Of a stretch of 64,000 nt of DNA, positions 27,140 to 40,038 are shown piece by piece. Position 1 is the first letter of the stretch. Each line of letters begins with the position of its first letter. The notes under the pieces were generated by a model. The model ran no database searches. It was given only the letters and a program-made list of their open reading frames with translations, and was not told where the DNA came from. The DNA is from Iphione sp. A-MEVVRFRX5. Lineage: Eukaryota. The position numbers were made by a program, and so were the translations under genes. Location of the stretch: NCBI GenBank assembly GCA_976226885.1, contig OZ320314.1, forward strand, positions 120,466,001 to 120,530,000. The letters are read 5' to 3'.

Positions 27140-27980
27140 CAGCAACAACAACCTTTGTATCAACTGTTTCTAGATCCCTCTGAAAAAATACATGGCTTTA
27201 TCAAGATGGTCAGATGCACTTTAACTTTCCAAATTGAATAAGGCTTTTATGTTATCTATATTAAAGAACTACTTATATCCTAAAGAATTTCCCTAAAAAC
27301 TTATAATGCCTGAGTACTTCTGGAAACGACAGAAGTATCAAGAAAACATGTCTGTAACTGAGAATATTCTAATCATGCTATAATATGAGGAGTCTGTTAA
27401 TAGGCTCATCATATTCACAGCATAATTAGAAAATCATTTCACTTGACTGTAATCTTACTTTATTTACTCAGAGCATCACGCAATAGGAGGCTAGAATTCT
27501 ACTGTCAATATAATATTCTTAAAACACTCTATTCACTAAATGGTTGACAAATAACTTGAATTGCTAAATCAAGTGTCACTTTGAATAAGTAAGTATAAAC
27601 TATATCTTAAATAAATCTTGTATCACTTTGCTTTTATTTTCTTAAAAGTCCCATCGTGACTCAACGCGAGGCACGAGTGAAGGACGAGGACATTGACGAG
27701 AAGACACAACAGTTCCTCCAAGCCGTGTGAAAGGGCAGGAGCTCCTGTGATGAGGCGTACCCGTGGTGGTGCGTGGGGATCGGGTGTGGCAGGAACTTGC
27801 CGCCGGAGCTGCAGAGGCTGGGCTGAGATGCAGATGAGTAAAACCACTGACTGGTGGTTAGGAAGGACTTTGTGCAGCCATAAAGCTAAAAGGTGAGCAG
27901 GGTTTCTGAACAATTCTCTGACAAATCGAAAATGAAACCTTGAGGGTATGGTTATAAGGGTAAGTGCTGCCCAAATTAAA

Positions 27981-28925
27981 ATGGATCTAACCACCTTTGA
28001 ATTTGACTCTCAATCAGTAGGATATATTATCATGATGCTCCTAATTGTAGCAATACTAATGGGGGCGTTAGGTTATCTGGCATGTAAATTAATCCCTGGT
28101 TGTGGGACCCCAGAACTAGTCCTGGTGGGAAAGGGAACAGGACCGTATGCTCTTCCTTAGAAGCACTGAATCCCTTATATTGCAGAACCCCAAGACCCAG
28201 GTCCTATGGAAGTAGGCCCAAACCTCCAGCAGGCCTTTCAAGGAATAGATCGGCACTTAGCTGAGGTGACTGAGAATCTAAGCATCCAAGGCGCTAAACA
28301 GTCAGTTCCCAGTTTTGATGGGAAGCCGAAGAATTTTAAGCCATGGATGAAAGCAATCAAGCATGCCACCTTGGGGTATGTGGTACTGCCCCATACTGCT
28401 GTGCAATTTAAACAGCGTTTAGCACAGTTAATGGCAGAAGGGCGTGTTGCAGATTATATTATCTGTTATATTGAAGAACAAGACAATCGGCTGAGAGGAC
28501 TAGACCCTCAGGCAGGTGAACATGTGCTAACTCCGGTCAAATGGGACGGGTTCAGAGAAAAATTGTCCCGAAGGTTCGGTGAAGTAATCGACCCAGTACA
28601 TGCAAAAGGGCTCTTGCAGAAATGCAAGCAGAAGTCTGATGAGACAATTTACATTTATTCAGAACAATTGCTTGACTTAGCTTGAGACGCTTTTACTGCC
28701 GAGGAAATGAGGCAGGCAGCTGTGCAGCAGCAGCTAGTTGAGTTCTTCACCAATGGGCTAAAGAATCCTAAAGTGGCGAGAAAAATCATTCAAGAAGATC
28801 CTGCTGATTTTGTGGCTGCAGTGACATGTGCGGGAGGTGAAACCGAAGTTCTCCGACACATCTCTCTGAGAGGGCGAGATGAGCACACACCTATGGTGGT
28901 GGATGCCATCGACACTGGTAAGAAG
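27981..28925 (+). pseudogene. Gag with an N-terminal hydrophobic segment
   Basis: One frame with point stops (ORF-track pieces 27948, 28206, 28707). Motifs VPSFDGK..FKPW, LSRRFG, FFTNGL, PMVVDAI. The zinc knuckle and protease appear deleted after PMVVDAI. Confidence 0.7.
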
Positions 28926-31900
28926 CACTTTCAGGGTAATGTCATCGCTGAAATTGAACCAGTGACAGATGAGAGCTGTGTCAAGCTAGGACTTCTTCAG
29001 TTTGACAGGCAACCTGCTCAGCGGACATTAAGACCTGCAGTGTCTTCCTTGGAAGAACTGCTCACCAATAATGAAGATCTATTTGCCACCTCAGATATTG
29101 AGCTGGGATGTACCCATCTTGTCACTATGGAAATCAACCCTGGACACCATGAGCCCATTGCCCAAAAGCCCTACCACACTCCCTTATCCCAACAAGCCGT
29201 AGTGGAAGAAAAGATTCAGGGTATGATGGATGTGGGAATAATTCACACTAGTTGTAGCCCATGGGCCTCACCAATAGTTTTGGTAGAGAAAAAGGATGGC
29301 ACCATGCGATTTTGTGTAGATTACCACTGAGTCAACGATGTGACGGTCAAATTTAACTGGCTGTTGCTTCATATTGACGACATACTGGCAAAGTTGGGAG
29401 GTAGCACATGTTTCTCCACTCTAGATCTTCGTAGTGGTTACCATCAAGTCCTGATGGAAGAGGCCTCTAGGCCCAAAACTGCATTCGCCTGCCATGCGGG
29501 ACTGTTTGAGTTCAATGTAATGCCGTTCGGCTTATGTAATGCCCCTAGTGTGTTTTGTGAACTGATGGCTAAAGTTTTGGATGGAATCACCGGTACCTTT
29601 ACCACCGCATATATCAACAACATTTTGGTCTGGTCACTGGACCAATCCACCCATTTATGCCATCTTCAGATAGTATTTAAACGATTGCATAATGCAGGAC
29701 TTAAACTGAAGCGCAGTAAGTGCGACTTCTTCTGTCCGCAACTACAATATCTGGGACACATCATTACACCAGATGGGGTGCAACCTGATGATGGGAAGGT
29801 GGCTAGCATCTCTGATTTGGAACCACCAACAGAGGTGAAGGACATCCAGTCTTTCACCGGAATGGCCCGCTTCTATAGGAGGTATGTGCCGGCGTTTGCC
29901 CAGATTGCAGAACCACTGATTGCAATGACTCGCAAACGGGCTGAGTTTCAATGGACATCTTAGTGTCAATGCGCCTTTGACAACCTAAAGGAGAAACTCA
30001 CTAATCCACCCTTATTGGCCTTTCCCATGTTTGATAGGGAGTTTATCCTGTATACCGATGCTAGCGACGCATGCATCAGAGCAGTATTCATACAAGACGA
30101 TGGAGAGAAACCAATCCAGTATATGTCGCACCACCTAAGCGAGACTCAACAGAGATGGCCAGTGATTGAGAAGGAGGGCTATGCGATCATCTCTGCTATC
30201 CAGAAGTTCCACGCTTTCCTTTATGGTCACAAATTCATTATTTGTACTGACCATAAACCCTTGAAATTCTTGTTCAAATCAGAACAGAAGAATGCCAAGG
30301 TCTAACGATGGGCCATGCAACTTTCTGAGTATGATTTCGAAATCCAATATATTCCAGGTAGGGATAATATCTTGGCCGATGCACTGAGCCAGTTGTGGTC
30401 AGGTCGCGTGGACCCACAAGTATGCATCCCCGGACAAGAGGATGAGATGGCTCCCCTCGACCGAGCCACTTCGGACGAGGGGTCGGGGCCCTAACAGGAC
30501 CCCGTGGCCGAGCCGGGTGAGCAGAGCATAAATGATAACGCTTCCAGTACCGACTCAGAGGAAGCGGATATGCTACAGACTCAGGAACTAGGTTATCCGG
30601 AAGGCATTGAGGAAGCGCAAGCTAGGGATCTGGAGTGTCAGAGACTCCAGGAAGGGCCGAAATTCATGAAGGTGGAGCAATTGTGGTACTATGTGAGCGA
30701 GTGTCCGGAAGCTTGCTTGCAGTTAGTAGTGCCAAGCGTTTTCCATAGTGTAGTGCTAGATCAGCAACACAATCGGATGGGGCATATGGGGATTGACAAA
30801 ACGTACAACCGAGTACGAGCACTATACTATTGGAAGAATTTGTTTAGAGATGTCGTTGCTCACATTCATGCATGTGTGCCATGCAATACGCGCACCTTGA
30901 AGAGACAATTGAGGCCTCTTCAGGAAATGGAAAGTATCACCTTTCCATTTCAAAAACTGGCAGTCGATATGTGTGGACCGTACTGGGAATCCGAAGCCGG
31001 GTACGTGTACCTCCTGACCCTTATAGACGTTTATTCTGGGAGGCCTGAGATGTTCCCCATGAAAAATAAGCAGGCCCAGATGGTCACAACAATCTTCCTG
31101 AATGAAGTGATACCTCGACACAGGTGCCCCTTGGTGTTGTTGTCCGACAACGGGACCGAATTCCTGAACGAGGTTATGAAGGAGATTTGTGGGCAACTCG
31201 TTGTAGCTCGCATCACCACCAGGCCATATTATCCAGTGGGAAACGGCAAGGTTGAGCGAATGCATTGGGTGTGGAATGACATCGTAGGCAAGTTGACACA
31301 AGGAGATATTGCATGTTTGGGGAAGGCTATACCCTCTGCTTTGTTGGCTCTTCATATGAGTACTAATGAGTCCACAAAGTATACCCCCTTCTATCTCCTC
31401 CATGCGAGGGACCTGATATTGCCCTTGGACACCTTACTCCAACCCGGTTAAGATATTATGGGGAGGAGCATCATAAGATGGCCTTGCAGCAGCATCATCA
31501 AGCCATGACGCTGGTGCGCCGGAACGTTGCAGCGGCTCGGCAACACATGAAAAAGTATCATGATCAGCATGCCACTGAGGTGTCCTTTGAAATAGGTGAT
31601 CCTGTATATGTGCAGAATCCATTGAAGTGCCATAGGGTGGATATTAGGTGGCAGCCTTATGGTCGAATTGTGGAAAAACTTACTCCTGTTAACTTTGTTG
31701 TTAAGGATCAGGTGACAGGGAAATTGGCCAAGGTCTGGTTTGGACGGAAGTTCATCATTGCCGTCGGATGGTTCCAATGGGTTCTCTTCTGGTGATGAAA
31801 TCCCCTTAGCCCCATTGTTCAGAAGAGAATGGCAGCATGAAGTTCGTGATCTGCTGGATGGCCCTGATCTTCAGCAGGAAGAAGGATGGGTCGAGGTGGA

Positions 31901-32174
31901 GGGCCCTGTTGCTGTAAACATTGATCCACCAGATCAGGTGCACAGACCAGACGAGTTGGGACCCGATCCAGTGGCTGAGGATCATGATGAAGGGTTAGAA
32001 GTGTTGCGCGACCAACCGGTCGCCCGTGCGGTACGGCAACACAAGGCTGGAGAAGAGGCCATCGCTCCAGTCAACCCGCCGGAAGCTCCTCTTAGGGAAA
32101 TGGTAGAGAGGGTAGAGGGAGCAGTGGGAGGTCGAGATCTGACTCCGCCACCAACTGTCAACCAGGGGCAGTAA
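28926..32174 (+). pseudogene. Gypsy Pol (RT, RNase H, integrase)
   Basis: SPWASPIVLVEKKDGTMRFCVDY, LDLRSGYHQ, MPFGLCNAP, YINN (mutated YxDD), LYTDAS, TDHKPL, H..MGH..C..C, LSDNGTEF, GKVER. Several stops and frameshifts. Confidence 0.92.
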
Positions 32175-32500
32175 GGGCAGATCAAAGGGACTCCCCAGAT
32201 ATCATACTCGAGCCACAGTGAAAAGGGAGCAGACTTTGCCAACCGAGTTGCCACCTATGTACAAACGACCGTGCCAATTTTGGTCGCAGGGACCCTGGTA
32301 TAAGAGGGATAGAACTGAACCTGGAGAGCAATCTGTTAGTAAGAAAACTAAATAAGTAGAGTTAATGACTGATGAACCTATTGAGCATTTAACGAAGGCC
32401 TTAATCACTTTGCAGACTGTAACTTCGATTTTACGAAGCCTTGCAATGATGGAGAAGAGTGCACCTTAGGGTTAACCCGATGCTCTTTTCTCTGTTGCAG

Positions 32501-34584
32501 CCTGCGTGTGGGCATTGGTGGGATTGATTCTCATCCGTCTGGTCGTCGGAGGGACCCTAGAAAACGTTATCTACAAGAAACGTTTAGATGTGAGGTCTGT
32601 CTTTTCATCGTGGCGTCTGGACTTGATTACCGAGTACGATCAATACAAGCAGGTGGGAAATGAACTATCCACTGAGTTAAACCACACCAGATATGGGTTG
32701 TTGCAGATGACCTATAGTCTTGTACCACCTTGGCAGATCTATGGAAATCGCCCCCGCTCAGAACCTGTTGGTCTACAGATCATGAGGTCACAACTCGATA
32801 GGGCAGAAATTTTACAGGCTTGGATTACGCAGGGAATAACACAATTGAATAACATAGCGAGATTGGGTACTGAGGAACGAGCGAGACGATTTCAGGAGGA
32901 GCGAGTGGAGAGGGTGGATATATTTGGCCAATACAACTGCACTTGTCTCCGACGCAGCCCTTCTGTGGTGTTAGCTGCTGTGGGAGGCGTGGTGTTGGTG
33001 GCTGGAACTGCTACAGGGTTTGGAGTTGTCGGGAACAAAATCCACGTGATCAAACAATGAGTCAATCAGCTGGAAATGCAACAGCTGGAGACATTGACAA
33101 TTATGAAGGACATGATGACCGTGATCAATCAAACTCGGGTAGACACTCGTAGGAACCGCCAACATATCAATGATGTGCTGAGGACACTGAAGATAGTTGA
33201 AATCGATCTGTGGGAGGCTGTGCACACTATAAGTAATATTACCACTGGGGAGATACGGCATATTCATGGTATTCTGAACGCTGAATGATTTTACTTCCGA
33301 TATGAATACTGATTAGATGCGTGGGAGGCCTCTGTGGCTCGTATAGAGGCACAAATTGACCACCTGTTAGGAGGATGGTTAACTCCGGAAGTCCTCCCTG
33401 TCACTGAATTGCAGGGAATCCTCCTCATCATTGAGCGTCAGTTGCCCAGCCCACTGCGTTTGCCGTACCTCGCTAGAGACGTGTGGAGTTATTATAGTGC
33501 ACTTTCCGTCACTACGGTTATCTTCGAAGGACGAATCATTACATCCATTATAATCCCACTCATTGATCCAGTGGCTTCCTATACAATTTACGAAGCCGTG
33601 AATATCCCAGTACCAATGGCCGATGGACGAGCCATTAAGTTTGACCTAGAATTCAAGTACTTTGGGATAACGAGCGATTGGCGTTGCTATGCTATAGTGA
33701 CCCCCGAAGAGTTAGTTCACTGTCGGCTCCAAGAAGACTCGTGTTTGGTATTATCACCCGTTTAGGAACTTAACCTTTATTTGTACTGCGTTCTCACTAT
33801 TTATTGGCAATAGGTAAAATGGGTGTCAACACTGTGTACCTGTAGCATTCTGAATAGGCTTACTATGCCTCAAGCTAAATATCTGGACCAGGGAAGTTGG
33901 GTTGTAACTACGCCAGTCACGTTACCGATGCGCATACAATGTGTTAATGGTAGTACATACTGGCATAACGTCCCTGCCCCATTTGCTCTAGTAAGACTGC
34001 CCAACGGGTGTGGAGCCATGGGAGATAAGATGTCGTTGCCCACTTATTATTATCAACGAAATGAATATGAAGTGGAAAGGGATCCCTTTGAGCTCCCCAC
34101 CAAGTTGTTAGTTATAGAATTGTTAGTCTGGTCGCCAGAAATCCCTCCTACGTTGAACTGGTCGGGGCCGCTGGAACCCCTGCCCGACTTTTCTGAAACT
34201 GACATTGAAGGGATAGTACAACGAATTAACACCCTTCATGATAAGGTTGCTCGAAACCCCTTGATGCCAGGAACATCACCATTGTCAACTGTAATGTGGG
34301 TTATAGGCGGATTGAGCTCGGCATTGACCTTATGTGGTTGTTGCTACTGTTGCTTCTGTAGTAAGGGACGCTGGAGGAGGCTTTTGCCCAATCGAAGGTT
34401 TGCTAATTCTGGACTGACTTCAGATACAGGGTCTGAGGGGTCTTCCCCAATGACCATTATTTTGGGAGGTGGTTCAGGTTCCCCTCATGAGTTCATGAGT
34501 AAAAAAGTTAATTGCTTGCACATGACAAATAAAATATGGCCATGGGACTGTGGCAGTAATATGTATGGTTGCTCAATGTATTGA
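32501..34584 (+). pseudogene. Envelope glycoprotein resembling baculovirus F / errantivirus Env
   Basis: Signal-like hydrophobic start; basic site LRR followed by a Gly/Ala-rich fusion peptide; heptads; LLGGWLTPEVLPVTELQGIL; IIIPL; Cys-rich region; C-terminal TM followed by a CGCCYCCFC cluster. Confidence 0.8.
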
Positions 34585-36294
34585 TGATTACACATGTCAT
34601 TAATTAGGTTAGTTAAGAAGTTCAGAAATAGGGTTTGACTGTATATACCTCATTACTCATGTACACAAGATTTGGATCAACGAGTCTGTTGTGTGGGCCG
34701 AGCAGGGACACGGACCCATGGATGTGGAGTCTTTTAGTCCTTGGAATGCTGTGAGGTGCTTCAGATGTTAATATTCGTTCTGGAAGTGTCTTCCTCATGG
34801 TAGCCCATGGGCTGTGAGATGCCACTCCTAAGCAACGGAGGCGTTTGCTTGGAAGGGCACCTCACGAAACTTGGCAGGGTGTTGGTTATTCTTGTTTAGT
34901 ATAGTAGTGACAGGCCAGAGCTCTGCCGCCTCTCTTCTTTTTTCCTCAATTCTTCTTAAAAGAGTGTGACCACAATGGTAGGCTATGGCAAGGAGGGGAG
35001 GGATGTAACACAGTTGCATGTGTGATGCTGGTACCGTATCAAGACAAACTCTCGCCTTGTAGTCAAATAAAGGGAAAATTGAGCATTGTATAGAGTGACC
35101 GTGCAATAATGTTGGTGTAATAAAGACATTAAATGCATAAAGTCTATAGGACTGATGGAATGATACAATGTATGTATAGTGTACAGATATATGAAATATA
35201 AGTAAAAGCCTTGTGCGAAGTAAATGTAAAGTGCTGCAGGAAAAATTTTGTTTATGCCCTGTAGGAAGTGTCTTTCATGTACTTCGCAATTCTCTCATCA
35301 GCTGTAAAAGTAATCAGACTCTCAAGTCATTAAAAGTATACTTGGTTCACACGGTGTCGTGGCGCCCCAACAAGATAAGATCTGATAGATGCTTGAGCGT
35401 GACCCTGGATTTGGGCATTAGTGACGTCAAGAGTGTAAAACCTTAATGACCCATTGTAAATGTGACATGTGACAGATGACCACGTCCGGTCTAGTTGGTA
35501 TATAAGCTTGGTGGTCCGTCATGATTAGTCAGACTCGCCCCGGTCGCTGTTGATGATGACGGTTGCTGTATCATGATGCTGAAGAAGAATAAAGGCTGAC
35601 TCGAACCTGACTAGCGGTGTTTGCTTTTGTGCTACAAAGTTACCGGAAACCCAGATATTTTTGGTTTAGGCCTGACTTGCCTTTATGTATTGTAAATAAA
35701 GTCAAACTATTTGCAGATGATACCTTAATATCGGGCGTTTGAAGAATTTGAATGATTTAAACAATGTTATTATAAGGGTAGCTGCATTAACATTCCCTCC
35801 TGGAGCAAAAATAACAAACTATATCTGAATGTCCAAAGTAGTATAATGACTGTCAAATCAACAAGAAGTAGAGAAGATAGGCATTTGTATACTATCTACA
35901 TGTATCTGGGAGAAGTTATTCAATATGCACAAAGGTATTCTTGGGGTCTTATTTAATGACGACCTAAAATCCAATAAGAAACCCAACAAAATGACAAATA
36001 TTCTAACCAAATACTATTGGTTCTCAATAAGGTTTAAGCTTACTTGTCACCCCAGGATATCAAGTTAATGTATACATTAATTATTCAATGGTATTTCTCG
36101 ACTACAATAATAAGAAGGGCCTTGTTACGCTTCAGAAAATACAAAATAGAGTTCTAGCCATACTTTATTGTCAAGAGGGTGCCTCTCATAAACTTTAGCA
36201 GTTGACAATAACTACAGTCGATATTTGCATAATAGATAAAATATGAGCATTGTCAGAAGGTGTCAACTATTTATAGTTCTTTTGTATAGGATAG

Positions 36295-36454
36295 CAGGCC
36301 CGTAGCCAGGAACATTTTTGGAGGGTATTGGAAGATACCCCCAATACAACAGAGGTGGAACAAATTTTTTTCCCTCTCTATTGAGGCAAATAGGCATTAG
36401 TGGCTTTGGGGGGTATTGGACGATACCCCCGATACCCCCTTGGCTATGGGCCTG
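36295..36454 (+). mobile_element. MITE family 'CAGGCCCGTAGCC', copy 3
   Basis: TIRs and 5-bp TSD GATAG. Empty site (ataagatagcacacc) at ~915-930. Confidence 0.92.
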
Positions 36455-37272
36455 GATAGCACACCTAAATTTTATTCTCCTTATAGATAACAGAAATTTA
36501 AGAAATATGGAGGATTTCTGCATTAAAATTATAACACCAAAATATGAGAAAATATTAATCATCATTCATCTATGATGGTTATAAAGTCTGAAATAAATTA
36601 GAACCACCACTAAAGAATATGGCGACAACACATGAAGAGCATAACTATAGTAGCACAGAATCTACTGTTACTAAATGAAGGAATGGTACAGTCACTAGGT
36701 GTAAATCCATGGCACCATAAAGCCAAATAAGGAGTGTTGAGGCATTTAGTGCAAACTCGTGGCACCACAGGGAACCTAGGCTATAGTGTTGCAAAGCTAG
36801 TCTTTAGTGATTGGTCGCCTGTTCTTGAGATACTGTGGATGTTTGTTAGTCTCTCATTGGTCAGAAATATTTAACTGGAGTTGTGAATGAATACTTACTA
36901 TCTTGTTAGTGCATACCCTATTCTGATTGCTTACACCTGGTGTTAGTCTCGTGACCCTGATATGGCAATAAATACAAGCAGTGTGTGGCCAATAAACAGG
37001 CTTGAACTGGGACTAGGGGTTGATGGTTCTTTATTGAACCCAAGCACATACTACAGTAAAACAGGCTTGAGTGTAACTAGATGCAAGTTGAGTATTTTGT
37101 GATATAACGGAAACGTATAATAAAGCAGAGAGGAACCTGTAGTTCTGAAATAAATTTTACAAGAGTCAAAAAATCCTGGTCACACTATAAGAAATATAAT
37201 GTATTCTTAAACTCTAATAGACTTAAATATAGCAGGCAATCTTCTGGCACAAGTTTCTCTTGATATTATGTA

Positions 37273-40038
37273 CAGTGAAACCTCGTCTTCTGGACGAGGT
37301 CCAGAATGTGATATTTTGTACGGATACCGATTAATACAGAGTACGAAATGGCGACAATGCGTCTCATGGTGGGGAAAACTGTCATAATAGTAAAGTATGG
37401 GAAGATTATTGAACTTGAATTATATTATTGTTTATCAATCTATATTAATTTTAAAGGCTTCCCATGCACCTCTTGGTGGGAAAAACTGTCATAATAGTAA
37501 AGTATGGATGAAAAATAACATCTACAAGGATTTTTATGAAAGTCTGGAAAATAATGAGACATTCAATGTCAGTTAGGAATAAGGGCATTTATTACAGAAA
37601 AAATGTGTAAAACTAATGCACAATGGATAAAAAACAGTACAATTCAAAATGGAGAGAAAAAATATTTTTAAAAAAATCACTTGGGTTTGAAAAAGTCACT
37701 GATGAATGTTTGTTTGGCACCTCTCTGAGCTTTGTATGTTCTCTCCAAGAGGCCTCTGAGGAACTGGACTCCATGGATATCTTGCTGCTCCTCACAGACC
37801 CTCACCAAGAGATCCACAGATCTGGTCACTTCCTAGAGAGTGACTGGTGGTAGGGCAATGTCCTCAGAGTCCTCCTGTGTCACCTCACCCTCTATCACCT
37901 CAGAGTCAGTCACCAGACTGACAATGGCTCCGTCGGTCATTTCAGCTGCTGTCTCAGCCTCATCATCCACTTTGTTGTATTCTTCAGCTGAGACCACTGG
38001 ATTACCATTGTCAGTGGGCATCTCCTGGAGAAGGGCCTGCAGGTCTGACAATGGCATCTCATCCTCATCTGAGAAGTCATCCTCAGATGAGGTGATCCCA
38101 GGGAGGATCTTCACATGATCCCAGCATTTCTTGATGGTGGTCTGGGTGACAGCCCCCCAGGCCTCATGCAACATGAGGATTGCCCTCCTGAGATCAGTGG
38201 CCATTGGCTCATCCCTATCAAGGCAATCCAGATAATGTTTGATGAGTCTTTTTCTGTATTGCGCTTTGAAGGAGGCAATGATCCCAGCATCCAGAGGTTG
38301 GATATGAGAGGTGGTATTGTGGGGGAGGAATTTGATGGTCAAATGCGAAAAAGTCTCTGACGTCTTGTGAGGCCTGGCCTTGTCGCAGAGCAACACATAT
38401 CTTCTCCCTTGGCTCTTCACCCGTTGATTCAGCATATTTAGGTAGTCCATCCACACGATCGATGTCATCCACGCCTTCTGGTTGTGCCTATAGTGGCAGT
38501 ACATGCCAGGATCAAAACCTCTGGCGAAGCAGCGTGGTTTGGCCAATTTGCCTATCACCATAAGCCTCAGCTTGTCTGTGCCCGTAGCGTTGCAGGCCAA
38601 GACAACCGTGATCTGGTCTTTGTTCTTTTTCTCCCCCTTCACGGGTGCAGTCGCCAGGGTGGAATTTGGCTTGAGCCTATAGAATAGGCCCGTTTCATCG
38701 ATGTTGTAGACGTCCTCAGGATCGAAGCCCTGGAGTGCTTCCTGCAACGCTGTACGAACCTCCTGGACCTGTTCGATATTAACAGAGGCAGCTTCTCAAT
38801 GTTGGCAATAGCATTTGATCCCATTCCTGGCCTTGAACTGACAGAGGCAACCTCTGCTGTAGTTGAAATCGGTGAAACCCAGTTGCCCACCCAGAGCAGT
38901 AGCCCTATCGATAATCAGTTCATCACTGAGTAGGCCGCCTTTGGATCGTACGTCAGCAAACCATATCATCAGAGCCTGTTTTAGCTTGGACTGGGCTGGA
39001 GACCTTGTATGGCATAGGTTACCCTCATCAGTTAACAATCTGATCCAATGATCCGATTTCTTCAACACGTCCGACATTGTTGACCTGGGTATGGCAAACC
39101 CCCATTTCGTGGAGAATTTGGAGCAGAGGTCAGTTTTTTTTATAGATAGTAATTAACTAATGATTCAATTCGTTTTAAAACCAATTTAATCTAATATTTC
39201 CCGCATGCCTCAAAGATCACATCTTGGGCTTCAGTCATTTACTCGTGAAGTAGTTCTAATATTACGTATTACGTATGGGGGGGGGAGTGATCAAGATCAT
39301 TAATGTTTGTATATGTTACACGGTGATGATCACATCATACCCTTTACATTAAGCATTGTCTGGTCATCAGGAAAGCATTGTCTGGTCATCAGTTTGCGAG
39401 ATGGCTGGATTTTGTGCCTTAAATAAGCACAGTTCTTTCTTCTGCACATTGGTAATGCATATTCTGTGACACTTGGCTGGTGGTTGAGACATCTTGGTGT
39501 TTCCAGGAGGAATGGATACCGTCCGCTCAACCCCTCCTGCTTTTAAGCTAAATTCTCAGCCCAGGAGGATGACCCGGCCGGCATGCCTCTACTGCGCATA
39601 GACAATAACCCGGGGGGCACCTGAGGCCCACCAGTGGTAATTTCTTTGTTTCCCTAATGCTTCCTTACACGTACATGTGATAAGGCTTAAGATGTCCCTG
39701 TCCCCTTTGTAGTTAGAGTCACTCAGTGCGTCAACAGATGTCCTGTGTTGTCCGATGGACTGATGCTATGTACTTCAAACAGACCCCTATCCATTGTCGT
39801 TGGGTCGCCCTTGTCACACAGACATGATAAGCCACCTCTGACAACATGCCTCCGGTTAACTGAATGTATTTCCTATGTTAAATGGTCTAAAATGCAGCTA
39901 AATTGTGTACGAATACGGAATGAGAAAAATCTCCGGTTAACTAGTACAATTTATATAGAAAAACAATTGGTAATTTAAAATCGTTATGGTTAATGCGACA
40001 ATACGAATGCCGGGGTTACGGAAGACGAGGCTCCTCTG
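37273..40038 (-). mobile_element. Tigger/pogo DNA transposon
   Basis: TIRs cagtgaaacctcgtcttc...gaagacgaggctcctctg with TA TSD. Empty site (atattatatacttc) near 1761-1775. Confidence 0.9.
37833..39135 (-). pseudogene. pogo/Tigger transposase (CENP-B HTH plus DDD catalytic domain), frameshifted
   Basis: IPRSTMSDVLK, LMIWF, SRGCLCQFKARNGI; IDETGLF, LLCDKARPH, IQPLDAGII. Confidence 0.88.

Larger units (their letters stand above)
27930..35636 (+). mobile_element. Env-bearing Gypsy (errantivirus-like) LTR retroelement, decayed; 5' LTR not found
   Basis: gag-pol(RT-RH-IN)-env order. The 3' LTR-like region has TATATAA (~35499) and AATAAA (~35588) and ends ...TGTGCTACA at 35636. Confidence 0.88.

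Noticed and set aside
25300-27930. 5' LTR and PBS of the env-bearing Gypsy
   Set aside because: No sequence matching the 3' LTR (35450-35636) and no convincing TGG-type PBS was found; the 5' end appears deleted.
27623-27994. GC-rich ORFs upstream of gag
   Set aside because: No recognisable motifs; more likely 5' leader sequence or a fragment of another element.
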